DNA from: Gekko japonicus
Taxonomy: Eukaryota
Length of the DNA: 64,000 bases
Direction of reading: 5' to 3'
Assembly (NCBI RefSeq): GCF_001447785.1
Contig: NW_015175977.1
Location: 481,258 to 545,257, forward strand
Position numbers and translations under genes: made by a program
Part shown: positions 1 through 12,200 of the stretch, in pieces
Layout of the letters: the number at the start of each line of letters is the position of its first letter
How positions within the stretch are numbered: the first letter of the stretch is position 1
The notes under the pieces: model-generated
Databases searched by the model: none
What the model was told of the DNA's origin: nothing
The model's input: only the letters and a program-made list of their open reading frames with translations

Positions 1-309
1 AACTATTTGGTAACCATGAGTGACAATGGTGAACACTGTAAACTGTTTCATGTCAATATGTTGAAACCGTATTATGATAGAGGTAACTTGGTACTGTTGA
101 CAAAAGGGGAAAGGAGTAAGGGAACTGAGTTGACGGGTTGGGGGAANNNNNNNNNNNNNNNNNNNNNNNNNNNNNNNNNNNNNNNNNNNNNNNNNNNNNN
201 NNNNNNNNNNNNNNNNNNNNNNNNNNNNNNNNNNNNNNNNNNNNNNNNNNNNNNNNNNNNNNNNNNNNNNNNNNNNNNNNNNNNNNNNNNNNNNNNNNNN
301 NNNNNNNNN

Positions 310-1741
310 TTCTCCAACTTGCCGGGGAAAACGAACTTAGCTTACCACCAAATAAATACGGGGGATTCGAGGCCTGTGGCACTGCCACCTTATAGAGTAA
401 CAGGCCCAAATGCCACATATGTACAAAGGGAGGTCGAAGAAATGTTAAGTCTGGGACTCATTGTACCTTCTGTAAGTCCCTGGGCCTCACCGGTAACAGA
501 TGTATATCCCATGCCCCGGGTTGATGAATTAGTAGAAACCATTGGGGCTGCCAACTATATTTCCACACTAGACCTAACCAAAGGTTATTGGCAAGTAGCA
601 ATGGACCCCAAAGACCAACAAAAAACTGCATTTGTAACAAAGGAGGGTCTTTTTGAGTTCACTGTGCTTGCGTTTGGGTTAAGGAACGCACCCGCCACTT
701 TCCAGAGGTTGATAGACAGAATGTTGGCTGGTCTGAAAGAATTTGCTTTAGCATACATTGATGATATTGCCATTTACAGCAATGGACCCCAAAGACCAAC
801 AAAAAACTGCATTTGTAACAAAAGAGGGTCTTTTTGAATTCACTGTACTTGCATTTGGGTTAAGGAACGCACCCGCCACTTTCCAGAGGTTGATAGACAG
901 AATGTTGGCTGGTCTGAAAGAATTTGCTTTAGCATACATTGATGATATTGCCATTTACAGCAACACCTGGAAAGAACACTTACAACACCTAGCTATTGTT
1001 TTCCAGCGGATCAGGGATGCAGGTCTCACCATCAAAGCTGCCAAGTGTCAACTGGCCATGCCAGAGGTGAAGTATTTGGGGCATGTGTTGGGTGGAGGAA
1101 AGATCAAGGCAGACTGGGGAAAGGTTCAAGCTATCCAACAGTGGCCCAGACCCCAAAATAAAAAGCAAGTAAGAGCATTTCTTGGGGTCATAGGATACTA
1201 CCGGAGATTTATCCCCGAATTTAGCACCATTGCTGCACCTTTATGTGAGTGCACAAAGAAGAAACACCCTGATGTAGTGATATGGTCTGAAGCATGCCAA
1301 ACGGCATTTGAACACCTAAAAGCGGTTCTTACAACTGAGCCAGTATTGCGCCCTCCTGACTTTAGTAAAGAGTTCACATTATTCACTGACGCCTCTAACA
1401 TCGGCCTAGGTGCAATGTTGAGTCAGAAAGGAGAGGAGGGACACCCTCATCCCATCCTTTATTTAAGCAGGAAACTCTTAGAGAGAGAACAACATCTCTC
1501 CGTGATTGAGAGGGAGTGTTTAGCCATCGTATGGGCCATAGGGAAATTGAAACCATATCTATGGGGGAGAAAGTTTGTCTTGTGTACCGACCACTCCCCA
1601 CTGAAGTGGCTAAACCAGGTAAAAAGCACCAACAGTAAACTTATAAGGTGGAGTTTACAGCTCCAGGACTACAATTTTGACATACAGCATGTGCCTGGGA
1701 AGAAAAATGTGATTGCTGACGCGTTGTCCAGGACGGTATAA
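310..1741 (+). pseudogene. RT-RNase H of the LTR element, disrupted by an in-frame deletion near 490 and a 181-bp frameshifting duplication
   Basis: ORFs 7..837 and 758..1741 repeat the MDPKDQQK...YIDDIAIYS segment. SPWASPV joins directly to TDVYPMP without the usual K.DG..R.CVDYR.LN block. Confidence 0.85.
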
Positions 1742-2049
1742 ATGAAAAAGTAAAGTACATTGCTGAAACTTATAAGTGTCAAACGGTAATGAACATAAAT
1801 AAGAAAATGAAAACAAAGTGAAGAGATGTTTTCTGAAAACCGTTTTGTATTTGATATGTATGCATTTATTTGTTAAGGTTTATGCACACGGAAAAACCTG
1901 GAATGTGTGTTTATTTCATGAAAGGATTTGATGTTATGTTGATGTTTAGAAATAATATGAGAAATAAGTAAGTGTACCTCCCATATGTCCATTGCTCAGC
2001 AAAAGGCTGAAACCTTTTGCGTTATGCAATGATTTTGGAGGGAGGGACA

Positions 2050-2931
2050 TGTGACGGAATTGAAAAATCTGGGACCAGCAGAAAGTAAACACAGAACACT
2101 GCTGAGTCACATGACTGAGTGAGGAGGGGGCCATTTAGCTTGGAACCCTCAGTGATTGGCATGTACTGGACCAAACAGTCAGTTTGGGATGAGCAGTTGG
2201 AAAGAAGCAGTTAGTGGAGGGTTGTTGAGTGGAGTTAGCAGAGAGCAGTCAGAAAAACTGAGGAGCTCTGTGAAGGAGGCAAACCTCTGTAGCTCTGTGT
2301 GAACAGCCTAATAACAGTTGGAACAGATAACTGGGGCTGAATAGTCTGGATTACTGAGTCCCTCAATATAGGAAAGAGGACAGTGATCAGACTGGTGAAA
2401 GGTTAAACACATCAGTTGTCACAAACACCCAAATGCATTGCTCCTAAAGGAACTGGGAGAGGTGGTTAAGAGAGGGCAGAGGAACGGTCTGGCAGAGTCA
2501 GCACAACTGGTTGGTGGCCAGTTGGGCTCAAAAGGGAGCCAGACCTCGAAAGCCAAAGGTTAACCACAAAGCAGTACAGGAGCGTATGATTAGGAAGGTG
2601 TTTAGGGAATTGTTTAACATCTGTGGGATACTGGAAACAACAACTGCTGAAGTGTAAACCAAGCCAAAAGTTCAAGTCTGAAAAGAAACAAATTATCCTC
2701 TGTATATATCTTCCATCCCCCCCGTTGTGTTTTCTATAAATAAAGCCTGTTCTGTTTTGAAGTTAACAAGCCGTGGTGCCTAACTCTTTAATAAGTAAAA
2801 CAAATCCCCCGAAGAGACTTTTGCAGATTTGAGTAGGGGACTGGTCAGGGAAAAAATAAAGTCTAACTCTGACTAGGTCCGGACACGCAGACCCTAACAG
2901 AACTGGCAGTATAAAGGGGGTTCGTGTCATA
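2050..2931 (+). repeat. 3' LTR of the Gypsy/Gmr1 element
   Basis: Starts TGTGACGGAA just after PPT GGAGGGAGGGA; AATAAA near 2738; ends with imperfect inverted terminus TTCGTGTCA(TA). Right boundary approximate. Confidence 0.7.
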
Positions 2932-3742
2932 GTCACCTGGGAGATTATCTAGGGTTTTGTCAAGATCTTTGAAAAACATCTACAATATCCTACACCATAA
3001 CCACACAGTCATTCAGATTTAATGCATCTAGCACACCAAATGATGATCTGGTATATAACTATTTGGTGCAGAGAGCTGGAAGGGAATGGAGTTATATGAC
3101 AAGCCAAAGCATGCGTCAGTTCAAGTAAATTCAGAGAACTATTGCCCTTCCATTCCCTTCCAGTGTCTTTTGGCTCACAATACTCCACAGCTTAGAGGGA
3201 ACCTTGCCCAGTCCACTATATTGATAGACCTGGCCTCTAAAGGACATGTCTACTGACCAGCAGCCCTGGTGTTAAATTCCTGTATTGCTCTTCGAAATGA
3301 ATAAAGTTTAAGGAAATTACTGCAGGGAGTACCACATAGGGAATCACTCTGCATACGTGCCTTTGCATCAATCCTACATTTCTTAGAAGCATGCAGATAA
3401 GGTATGGAGGTTCTGATGAAGCAGCATCCTAATTACATTGTATCAAACACTGGATGATGTTTCAAGCATATTCTTCAAATCTCCTTTCAATTAATGTACA
3501 ATTCAATTCATGTACTAGTTCCCAAGGTTTCAATTCTTAGAAGTTATCATTTTATAAGCAAAAACAATGCTTCTTTCTTTGCAAAATATCTGGAATACAC
3601 TGTGCAAGGTGATATCATGGCACCAAGAAAAGAATACATTTCAAACACAGAAACGTGTTAGCAATACTACACTGCTAAAAAGAACTTCATTCACCCAACT
3701 CACAACTTACGTTAGAAGAAAAACTGTTCATCAGAGGCCTAC

Positions 3743-3851
3743 CTCTAGGTAATGTTGTGATTTCAACATATCCCAGTGATGTCAGGTCATGGCACAGGTT
3801 ACCAAGATGATATTCATCTGCTGTTGCAAAGGCTGTGCACTGCAGAAGATC
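3743..3851 (-). CDS. RMND1: RMND1 second coding exon ([36 protein letters not shown])
   Basis: Near-identical to recalled human RMND1 [36 protein letters not shown]; cag acceptor and gtagg donor; 109 bp, phase 0 to 1. Later exons were not found and are presumed left of the window. Confidence 0.95.
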
Positions 3852-5018
3852 CTGCGCCAAAGGAACAAAGGTTAGTTTGATAATGAAGTACATCCTAGTA
3901 TTTTGCTAGTAGGTAGCTGAATAGTGTTATGTATTGCACTTCACAAATCCTACATACCACACACCCAAATCTTAACTTTGGTGCACAAACTGAAAACCTC
4001 TTACCAATATCAACAATGTCAGATTAGATCTGTAAAATATTACAAGAAACCTGTTTATTCTTCCCTGGGCTTGCCTGGGCTATCCAGGTCGGGGCTTTCC
4101 CTGTATTTCTTAAATAAAAACAAAGTCCATGTCTGGATGCCTCAAGAGCATTCCCAACTAAGATAGAAAGCATATCCCTTTATATAAATATATTTTGAAA
4201 AGCTTATGCACACCAAAGCTGCATTCTTATGCATAGGTAGCCAAGTGTAAACCTCACTGAAACTACTTGGACTTCTAAATTATTTCAAAATATTTACTTC
4301 CAATTAAATATGCTTCCTAATAAAAATTACTTTCAAATAAATATGCACAAGACTGAGCCATTAGTGGACATATTTATTTTTTCCTCAACTACAAATCAAG
4401 TACTTGAATAACTGGGCCTCAGCCTATTATTTCAGCCCAAATATTCCAAATGAAACTTAATGTTCTACTCCCATTGTTCTCTTTCCTCCCTGTCAAAGCA
4501 GAATACTCAAGTTCTAGAACAGAAGGAAGAATTTTTTTCTGCAACAGTCCCCAAAATATCATATGATAAAAAGTGGGGGGGGGGGGGCCTGACAATTTAG
4601 TAGCCGCTTGATTTGACTGTAGAGATTGGCATTCTCACATCCAGGGTGTAAAAATTAATATTTGATCTTGCAAATGGAGCCTGAATATTTCTACATCCAG
4701 CAGGTGGTGCCAGATATCAGAGAAAGGGACACAGACTTCAGTGCGATCTTTGTGCCATGTGGCGGCTTCAAGCTGCTTTGACTCTTTGCCCTGCATTTTA
4801 AAGATAGACCAGAAGAAACTACAGCACCAGAAACTGGTGTCTCCACCCAAAATTTTGTTTCAGATGCTTCTTAGGCATCCAGGGTATTTCAGCACACAGT
4901 TGTTTTGCTGTTACTTGCCTCACTACAATGCAGACATGTGCTGACTTTTTCAAGGGAATAAGAACCTAAGAACACATTTCACAAACTACTCTGTCTCTCT
5001 CACACACAAATACACATA

Positions 5019-5687
5019 GGGTGCGTTCAGACGGGGCATTTTAGCCGGCATAAACTGCTCCGGTTGGAACCGGAGCAGTTTGATCTGGAAGAAATGCGAT
5101 CACACTTACCTCCTGATTGAGCAGCACATCGTGATATGCCCGTCCACACTTCAGGCGCTCAGTAGAGCGCGCCGGTGGGTTTTTTTTTTTACACAGTTTG
5201 CTCATGCGCATAGGCAGGCTTCCTTATAATGAAGATCTTTGTGCAGGCACAGAACAACGAACCCGGAAAGCATGCCTTGAAGCGAAGACGTCCCTTTAAA
5301 TTTTTACTCTGAAACTAGCCTCCGTGAGGTTCTGAACTCGTCTAAAGCCTAAAACTAAGTATCTTTTTTTGTTTGTTTTACAAACGCTGGGGCGAAGCTT
5401 CGCCCAAGCGTACATCGAGGAGACTTAAAAAAAAATGGCGGCCAAAAAGCGGAAGCCTCGGGCTTCTGAACGGAAGTGGCTAGACACCGGCGGAGAACGA
5501 TCAGATGGGGATAATGCGGTTGGAACCGGTGCACTCAGGATACCACCACTTGGGGACCTAGTGGCAGAATACAATGGTTTAAAGCTGTTTGCAACAGTTA
5601 GGGACAGAAGGCAGTGTGAACGCCTGTTAAGTACCCCAATTCCAACCAGCATCTATACCGGCATAAATGCCCTGTCTGAACGCACCC
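5019..5687. mobile_element. PIF/Harbinger-type MITE (669 bp)
   Basis: TIRs GGGTGCGTTCAGACGGGGCATTT / AAATGCCCTGTCTGAACGCACCC; 3-bp TSD ATA on both sides; CpG-rich interior. Confidence 0.85.
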
Positions 5688-7603
5688 ATACTGTAGTATA
5701 ACCCGCACAGGAGGAGTAGTTGGCGGAACTGCAACATTAGTTACATTGAATTATTTGAAAATATTACCCTATGTAACAATTACAAGAACATTTCCAGTTA
5801 CTTTTACATGGTATTTGTCAAAACTGTGCAAAATTGCACAAAACTACACACACAGATGAATAGCCAATAATTCACTAACTTCACATGCTAATATAGTTTG
5901 TAAAGTTACAGAACTCTAGTCAGGCTATAGACACAAAAATAATTCATTTGATGCTTAACAAGTGTTCAGAAAATTGGAACAAAGCTATCTGTCTAAAAAT
6001 TTGGACCAACAGAACATAAATCCTAAAAATAAGTTTACAGAGTTTTACTAACTAGTTCTCGCATCTTCTATGACACTGAGGGTGGGAAAGTAGCCCCACA
6101 TCATTATACTGAACTCAAACTGAAACAAAGGTCATGGAAAAGAGAATTCCTAGATCCTAGTTAATAAGTTTCTTTTGTACAGTAGAGTTTTCTGTGGATT
6201 TTTCTTAATTACAATTGAATAGCCATAAATTTTCACTGCTGTGCAATTATCTTTTAGCAACATTGAAGGGATTTCATTCTTAGTATTATCATTACTCATA
6301 CAGTTCTTACAAAAAAACCCCAGGTTATATTCAATGTGAAAGGACGCTTAAAGTCACCTTTGAGCTTCTCTCTAGCATTTATTCATATTTTAGAGGGTTA
6401 AGATTTTTCTGCAATCTTGGGGAGGGTTTACCCAAGTTTGGAGAAAAATCTCTCTTTTCCTTATGTGAGCTCAATTAGCGTATATAAGTATCTGCAGATA
6501 GTGGGCACACTTGAGAATCAGATATATAAATACTAATATTACAAATCCAATTAAAGCAAGAGCTGCTTTTGGCTTGTTGTGTGAAACTGACCTCACAGTG
6601 CAATTTTCAAAAAGCCATCCAAAGAATTCCGTGAGCCCTGGTTACCACTACCTGAACAACACTTTTTCCACTGTAATGCACCTCAGCAACTTACACATTC
6701 ATCTGTGGCACTGTGGTTATATCACAAATTCATGAGAACATGAGTATGGTTTTTCTGTGGCACTGTGGTTATATCACAAATTCAGGAAAATATGTGTATG
6801 GTTTTTCTAATGAGATCCTTGATTTTTGGAAAATCATTTCATGCTGTGATCCAGTGCAGACTTACCATTCCCTATCTCTATTGGTTTATTTTAGTCTCTA
6901 TTGGTTTATTTTAGCTCTGTACAGGTACTAGCATAAATTGTGGCTAAGGCTAAGCAGGATTACCAAGAAGCCACTCTCAAATGACTGGATACTATAATGT
7001 TACAAAAATCAAAGGGCAATTTTAAAAGGTATATAAATAGGGCTCCCTCCCCCGTGGCCAAATTTTCTTGTTCATGAGACTGGTACATGTTATAATTTTT
7101 AGGCAATCTGAAAACATGAAAATCAATTCCTATTAAAAGAATTCATATTCCACATATGACTTTTGCCACCAACAATAACAATGAAGTATCCAGCAATCTA
7201 TGAGGCTTTTGTATGGAAGTGGGTTGAGATTATAGCAATTACGTACATATGTTAAGATAGCTTTCATTAAATTGTTTTCTTTAAATGAAAATATTAACTG
7301 TTCATTTTTGTTAAATTTAATCTGATCACCATAAACTCCAAATAGATTATCATTTTCTGATCCAATCCTCATCTGTTTCTCAAACTGGGTTTCTAAAACT
7401 GTGCTGTAGTATCTTTAATTCTAGAATCAAACTAATCTATTTGCTGTTTCTTGGGCTTTTCTCCTAAATACCAAGCCAACAATGAACATTTGAAGCAGCA
7501 TGACAAAAGACATGGTGCTGGTGTTCAAGAAAACAAAACAAAAGCCTCTCCAGCATGCATAGTGTCTCTTTTACTGACCATAACCACTGGCTATAACTGA
7601 GCT

Positions 7604-8056
7604 TAGGGTTGTCAGATATTTTTGTTAAGAGTACTGGACACACCAAAGCTCTGTTCCCTCACCCCAGGACATACAGAGCGAAGCACGCTGTTTGTCCTGT
7701 CAGGAGGGCTCCCAGCCCCAGCAGGAAGCAGCAGCCATGGCTGCAGGTTTGTGCTGGGCACTGCCTCCTCCCAGGACATGCAGCGCAAAGCACGCTATCT
7801 GGCCAGCAGGGGAGGTCCCAGCCCCAGTGCAAGGCAGCATCAGCTGTTTCCCACTAGGGCTGCCTTGGCACGGTCTCCTCCAAACCCAAACTCTATGTTT
7901 TGTTGTTTAGGCATGGTAAAGTTGACAGTCCAGTATTTTCACTGACTGTTAGGGAAAACACTGAAAAATACCAGACATTTAAAGGTCCTTTTTACCTCAG
8001 GTTTTTTTCCTGGTTACAGGACTGCCTGGGTCAATACTGGACTCCTGGAAACCCTA
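7604..8056. mobile_element. Non-autonomous hAT element
   Basis: TIR TAGGGTTGTCAG / CTGGAAACCCTA with 8-bp TSD ACTGAGCT / ACTGAGTT. Confidence 0.75.
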
Positions 8057-8219
8057 ACTGAGTTGGAGAACGAGGTTAGAAAAGAGAAGACCCCAACTAA
8101 CTCCAAAAAACATGGCTTTTCTCCACATCTACAGAGTTTTTAAGAACCGTTCTATATAAATACATTAATCACTGGTCTTTCTGGCCAGAGTTAAAGACTG
8201 CAAAGGCTTCATACTTTAC

Positions 8220-8711
8220 CTCAGTTTCAGACAGTTGTGGCAGATTAGCTCTGGATGGCTGCTTGGTCCTCGATGCCTTTAGTGGCCTTTTGGTTGATAC
8301 AATACCTTGACTTGGCATGACGGTACCAGTTGATAAAACTGAATAATGTCGCACTGGTAGCTCAATAAATTTTCTTATACACTTTGGATTGGGCTTATAA
8401 ATTGAAGCTTTTAGAGCATGACATTTTTCCCGAGTTGGAGGACAGAGATCCGTAATCAAATAATTCATAGTCTTTGCTGCAGTAGTATAATCAGCCTGTG
8501 GTCTCTGCCAGGTTTTAGCTTGCCCACAAATATTGGTTAAATGAGAAGCCACCACTTCTGGAATGCACAGACTGAATAATCTTTTTGCAGCTAGTGAATT
8601 GCTTGACATCCCACAAAAACTGTTGTTTGATGCTAGGTGTCCACATTTATTGAACTGTTGGCCAATTTTATGAGGAGATGTAGCCAGGAATCTCAGCAGT
8701 TTAGCTGCCAT
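8220..8711 (-). CDS. RMND1: RMND1 first coding exon (N-terminal region; exon starts at 8725)
   Basis: MAAKLLRFLATS...[24 protein letters not shown] matches human [24 protein letters not shown]. tgcag acceptor at 8726-8727, ATG in AAGATGG context, GAG|gtaaag donor, phase 0 joins the 3851 exon. Confidence 0.93.
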
Positions 8712-10154
8712 CTTTTTAGTGCAACCTGCATAACAGTTGAAAAGGAAAACTTAAGTCTTTTATGAATACAAAAGACTGACTTGCAGTAACTGGCAATGCA
8801 AACATGTTAGTACACAGGACTCATAGCTCATTTGTAGAATCAGATTTTAATGAAGTAGCAAGAAAGAACATAAGGATAGATCTATGCTACCTACAGCAAT
8901 AATCAAAATGGACAAATGTTAAGTTAAATTAGGATATCCTTTCACAAACATTCTGAAGCCTGCTTAACTTCTTACAGCGATATGTACCCTTTCTTAGAAT
9001 ATTAGAACTTGTACTGCACAAAGGCCGCTGAAGTGACCTACAATGATTCCCAGATGTTCAGTGCAGAAATTGCAAATCAGCTGTGGACTCAAACCATTTA
9101 CCAGTTATCTACTCATCCACAAAGCCCAGAACCACATGCATCCAAGTTCCAACACACATTGATAATACTGCTGCTGGATAAAATCAAAACGTACTCCTTA
9201 GGAACTTCATTCTTTGTGTGTCCTGTGAAAATCTAAGTTCCAAGGAAGGAGAAGATCCTGCAGCAGGTGGAACCTTTCTCCTCTCACCAAGGAGTTATAG
9301 CCACTACTGCATTCAAAGAAAATATGAGGCAACCCTGCTTAAGATGGAAGAGCTGTGGGAGGGAAAGGTGGCAAAAAAAAGACATCCTAATGGGGGGAAA
9401 GGTGCTTTGGAACCTTCTGCAGGGGTGAGAAGCAGTTTTGATCTGGCACTACAGCCACACATTCTCTCTTCTTTAGATAGAGATTCTGCCATATAAATCA
9501 CAACACTGTGTGAGAACCTCAATATCCTCACCTACAAAACAGATGGTGTTGATTTGAGTAAGGGCAAAAGACACAATACATTTAGAAGCTAAGCCTTAAA
9601 ATCAAAACAAACATTGCCGTAACAATTTCCTGCAACATTCCATTTGGTTCTCACTCACATGATCATTTTCCAGAATGGCTGGATGTCTCAACACATGTCC
9701 AGTCCGTCCTTCACAGAGGCAGCAGTTCCCACAAGTGTTGCCATTCCTACATCAATCATTTATATGTTTTAAAAAATACATTTAGTCACAGGAACTCCAA
9801 ATACATAAGTGCAGTTCTGTTAACAGAAGTGATGTAAGGAGAAACAAATTGTTTTGGGACAAATTCACTATTGCTACCATACTAATAAAGCAAAATACTC
9901 CACCACAATAATTAACCAACAAATAAAGAATAGACATAAAATATGGGCAAGTAAACCATATAAATAATGCAGACCTATAGAAAGGCCTGAGAAAGGACAT
10001 TATCCTGTGCACATTTAAGTGGGAGCTAAATTTCTCTGAATTCAGTGGGATTTATTTCTGAGTAAATGGGGAGCCTATTCAGACAACAAAATGGGAATGC
10101 AGAAATGTTAGGATGCAATGCCTCAATGACCTAGTAATTTCCATCTTTCTGTGT

Positions 10155-10250
10155 TATACCTCTGAGGATGCCACTCACAGTTACTGGCGAAACGTCAGGT
10201 TCTACAATGCCATGACCACGGCCATACAGCCCGGAAAATCTACAGCAACT
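10155..10250 (+). mobile_element. Penelope-like element terminal fragment
   Basis: CCTCTGAGGATGCC...GGCGAAACGTCAGG...GGCCATACAGCCCGGAAAA resembles squamate Penelope ends as I recall them and carries the hammerhead motif typical of these elements. Confidence 0.7.
10158..10200 (+). ncRNA. Minimal type I hammerhead ribozyme motif
   Basis: Stem I ACCT/AGGT; core CTGAGGA (10162-10168); stem II GCCA/TGGC; GAAA (10189-10192); palindromic ACGT stem III; GTC cleavage triplet ending at 10196. Confidence 0.75.
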
Positions 10251-11439
10251 AATTTCTACAGGAATGCTGCAAACATTCAGGAAGTGCATTGCTTATCACT
10301 GCAAGTCAGTCAACAGGGGCACAAAGAGCAGCCTTCTTCATGCTTGCCTTCCAGTCATGGAATTCACTCCCAGTTTATACATGTTAAAGTCCAAACCTAA
10401 GAACCTTTCAGAAATCTTGTAAGACATGCCTGTTTGGATCTGTCTTTGGGACAAATCCATGGGATACCAGCCAGCCTAACTAACACATGTTATCTCATTG
10501 TTCCTCCAACAAACTCAGAGCAGCAGACGTGGCTCTTCCCCACAAATTTTATCTTCACTATAATCCTGTGAGGCAATAGTTCTGAAATATGAATCTGGTC
10601 GTATCTCAGAAAGGATATCTTAGAGTTCTAGAATAAATGCCGAGAATCCAGCCAAAATGATAAAGTACCTTCTCTATGAGGGAATGCTAAAAAGCATTTT
10701 ATGTGTAGAAAAAGGTTGATGGGGGAAGGATGAAGATGGTTCAGTTTGTAAAACTGCATGGTGTGGAGGAACTGGACTGAGAGAAATTTGTCTCCATCTC
10801 CCACAGTAGTTGATCTCAGGGCTGTTTGAAGTTGGTATACAATAGATTCAGAGCAAACAAAAGGAGCTACAAAAATATCCTTAGCATAGAGGATGGAATA
10901 ATGGCCACTGGCTTTGACATCTTTAAAAGGAAATTGGACAAATTCCAATTCTATCAACAGCTATCATTCCTGAGAGCTAGATGAAACCTTTTCAAAAGGC
11001 CTCTGGGAGGATTACCACATGGGGAGGCTGTGGCCTTCATTCTTAACTTCGGGGGCTTCCTCGAAGCATGCACCTGGTTCAACACTGAGAGGGCAGCAGC
11101 CTAGAGATGCCATCTTAAGTAAAGTTACTCCTTTCTAAAGCGGTTGACGTCCATGGGTTTAGGAAGGGCACAATTTAGGAATGCCCTGCAGAGGGACCAC
11201 TATTTTTGATCCAACAGGGCTGTTCCTGAAGTTTCGCCCTGCAAAAGAAGCTTGGTCAGCTCTATTCAGAAGACAACAAAGTCAGTATTAACCTTAAGCT
11301 AGGGGGAAACTGTCTAGAAGACTTGGTGCGGAGGAGAGCCACTGTAAAGAGATACCTCCCTACTTCCCTCTTCTCAGGCAAGCACGCCTTTGTTAAGACG
11401 CTGTCACTTTCTCAGAGACTGGAAATCGAGTCAGAGCTG

Positions 11440-12200
11440 GCTCTCTTCAACTGCATCGCTAACACCATGGGATGAGCCGGAAGCGGACAGCTCAAGCGCT
11501 TAACGCAGGGGAACCGCCGCACTCCTCACCCCAACGACCGGGATTCAAAATACAACCCCACCTCTCCGCGCAGTCAGCGCAAACCCCGTTCTGCTTATTC
11601 CCCCCCCCCCCGGCACGCGTGGGGGCCTTTCACCGACCTGGCTCTGTTATGAGAGGAAGAGGCGGAGCGGGAACCACCACCGCCCACTCCCAAAGGCCAC
11701 ACAAGTCAGAAGCGAGACCATTTGACGGCGGCGCCCTCGACCTTCACCACGTGAAGCCACCAGCCCTCCCCCTCCAGCCCCGCCCCGAACCAGGTGACCT
11801 CACATTGATTCCGGTCGCGCGTAAGCTCCGTCCCCTGAACAAGCACCGCCTCTAGTTGTAGGAAGGAAAACCAGGCGGTCGACCAATGAGAGTGTGCCTG
11901 GTGCGGGACTTGCGTCACCTCTGCGGTACGAACGAGAGGAGGGCGCCATAGCGAGTAAAATGGCGGCGCAGACGGACGTGTTGCCGGTCCCGCTCTCGGG
12001 CAAGTTTAAGGGGTGCGTTCCGTGTCACCTCTCCCCCCCTCGTGGCTCCGTTGGATAGATGCGGGAGAAGGGTAACGCCCCAGCAGAAAAGGAGGCGGAG
12101 GAGGCTAGAAGTTGACATCGGTAGTTGTTAGCTCCTCCTCAAGTTCCTCTTTCGTGCCCTCCCTTTCCTCCGTCTGCTGGCAGGGAAAGACGATACTCTC
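11440..12200. promoter_or_regulatory. CpG-island bidirectional promoter shared by RMND1 (-) and ARMT1 (+)
   Basis: High GC/CpG; GC box near 11778, ETS-like TTCCGGT near 11809, CCAAT at 11883, CRE-like TGCGTCA near 11911, YY1-type AAAATGGCGGC over the ARMT1 ATG; genes diverge from here. Confidence 0.85.
11960..12012 (+). CDS. ARMT1: ARMT1 exon 1 (MAAQTDVLPVPLSGKFKG)
   Basis: ATG in AAAATGG context; resembles human MAVVPASLSGQDVG; GG|gtgcgt donor, phase 2 matches exon 2. Confidence 0.88.

Larger units (their letters stand above)
1..2931 (+). mobile_element. Ty3/Gypsy LTR retrotransposon, Gmr1-like (integrase C-terminus, then RT, RNase H, PPT, 3' LTR); 5' part outside window; in an RMND1 intron
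   Basis: Translations show FHVNMLKPYY (integrase C-terminal tail), LDLTKGYWQV, FGLRNAPATFQR, YIDDIAIYS, FTDASNIGLG, IERECLAIVW and NVIADALSR, then a stop at 1741. A purine tract at 2037-2047 precedes the TG-starting LTR. Confidence 0.9.

Noticed and set aside
3300-3430. Next RMND1 exon, because a minus-strand GATGCTGCT resembles the expected DAA start
   Set aside because: The following translation does not match DAANILV...TIFFFR and the acceptor phase does not fit.
11520-11900. Exact RMND1 non-coding exon 1
   Set aside because: At least two plausible minus-strand donors (near 11803 and 11529); cannot choose without transcript data.
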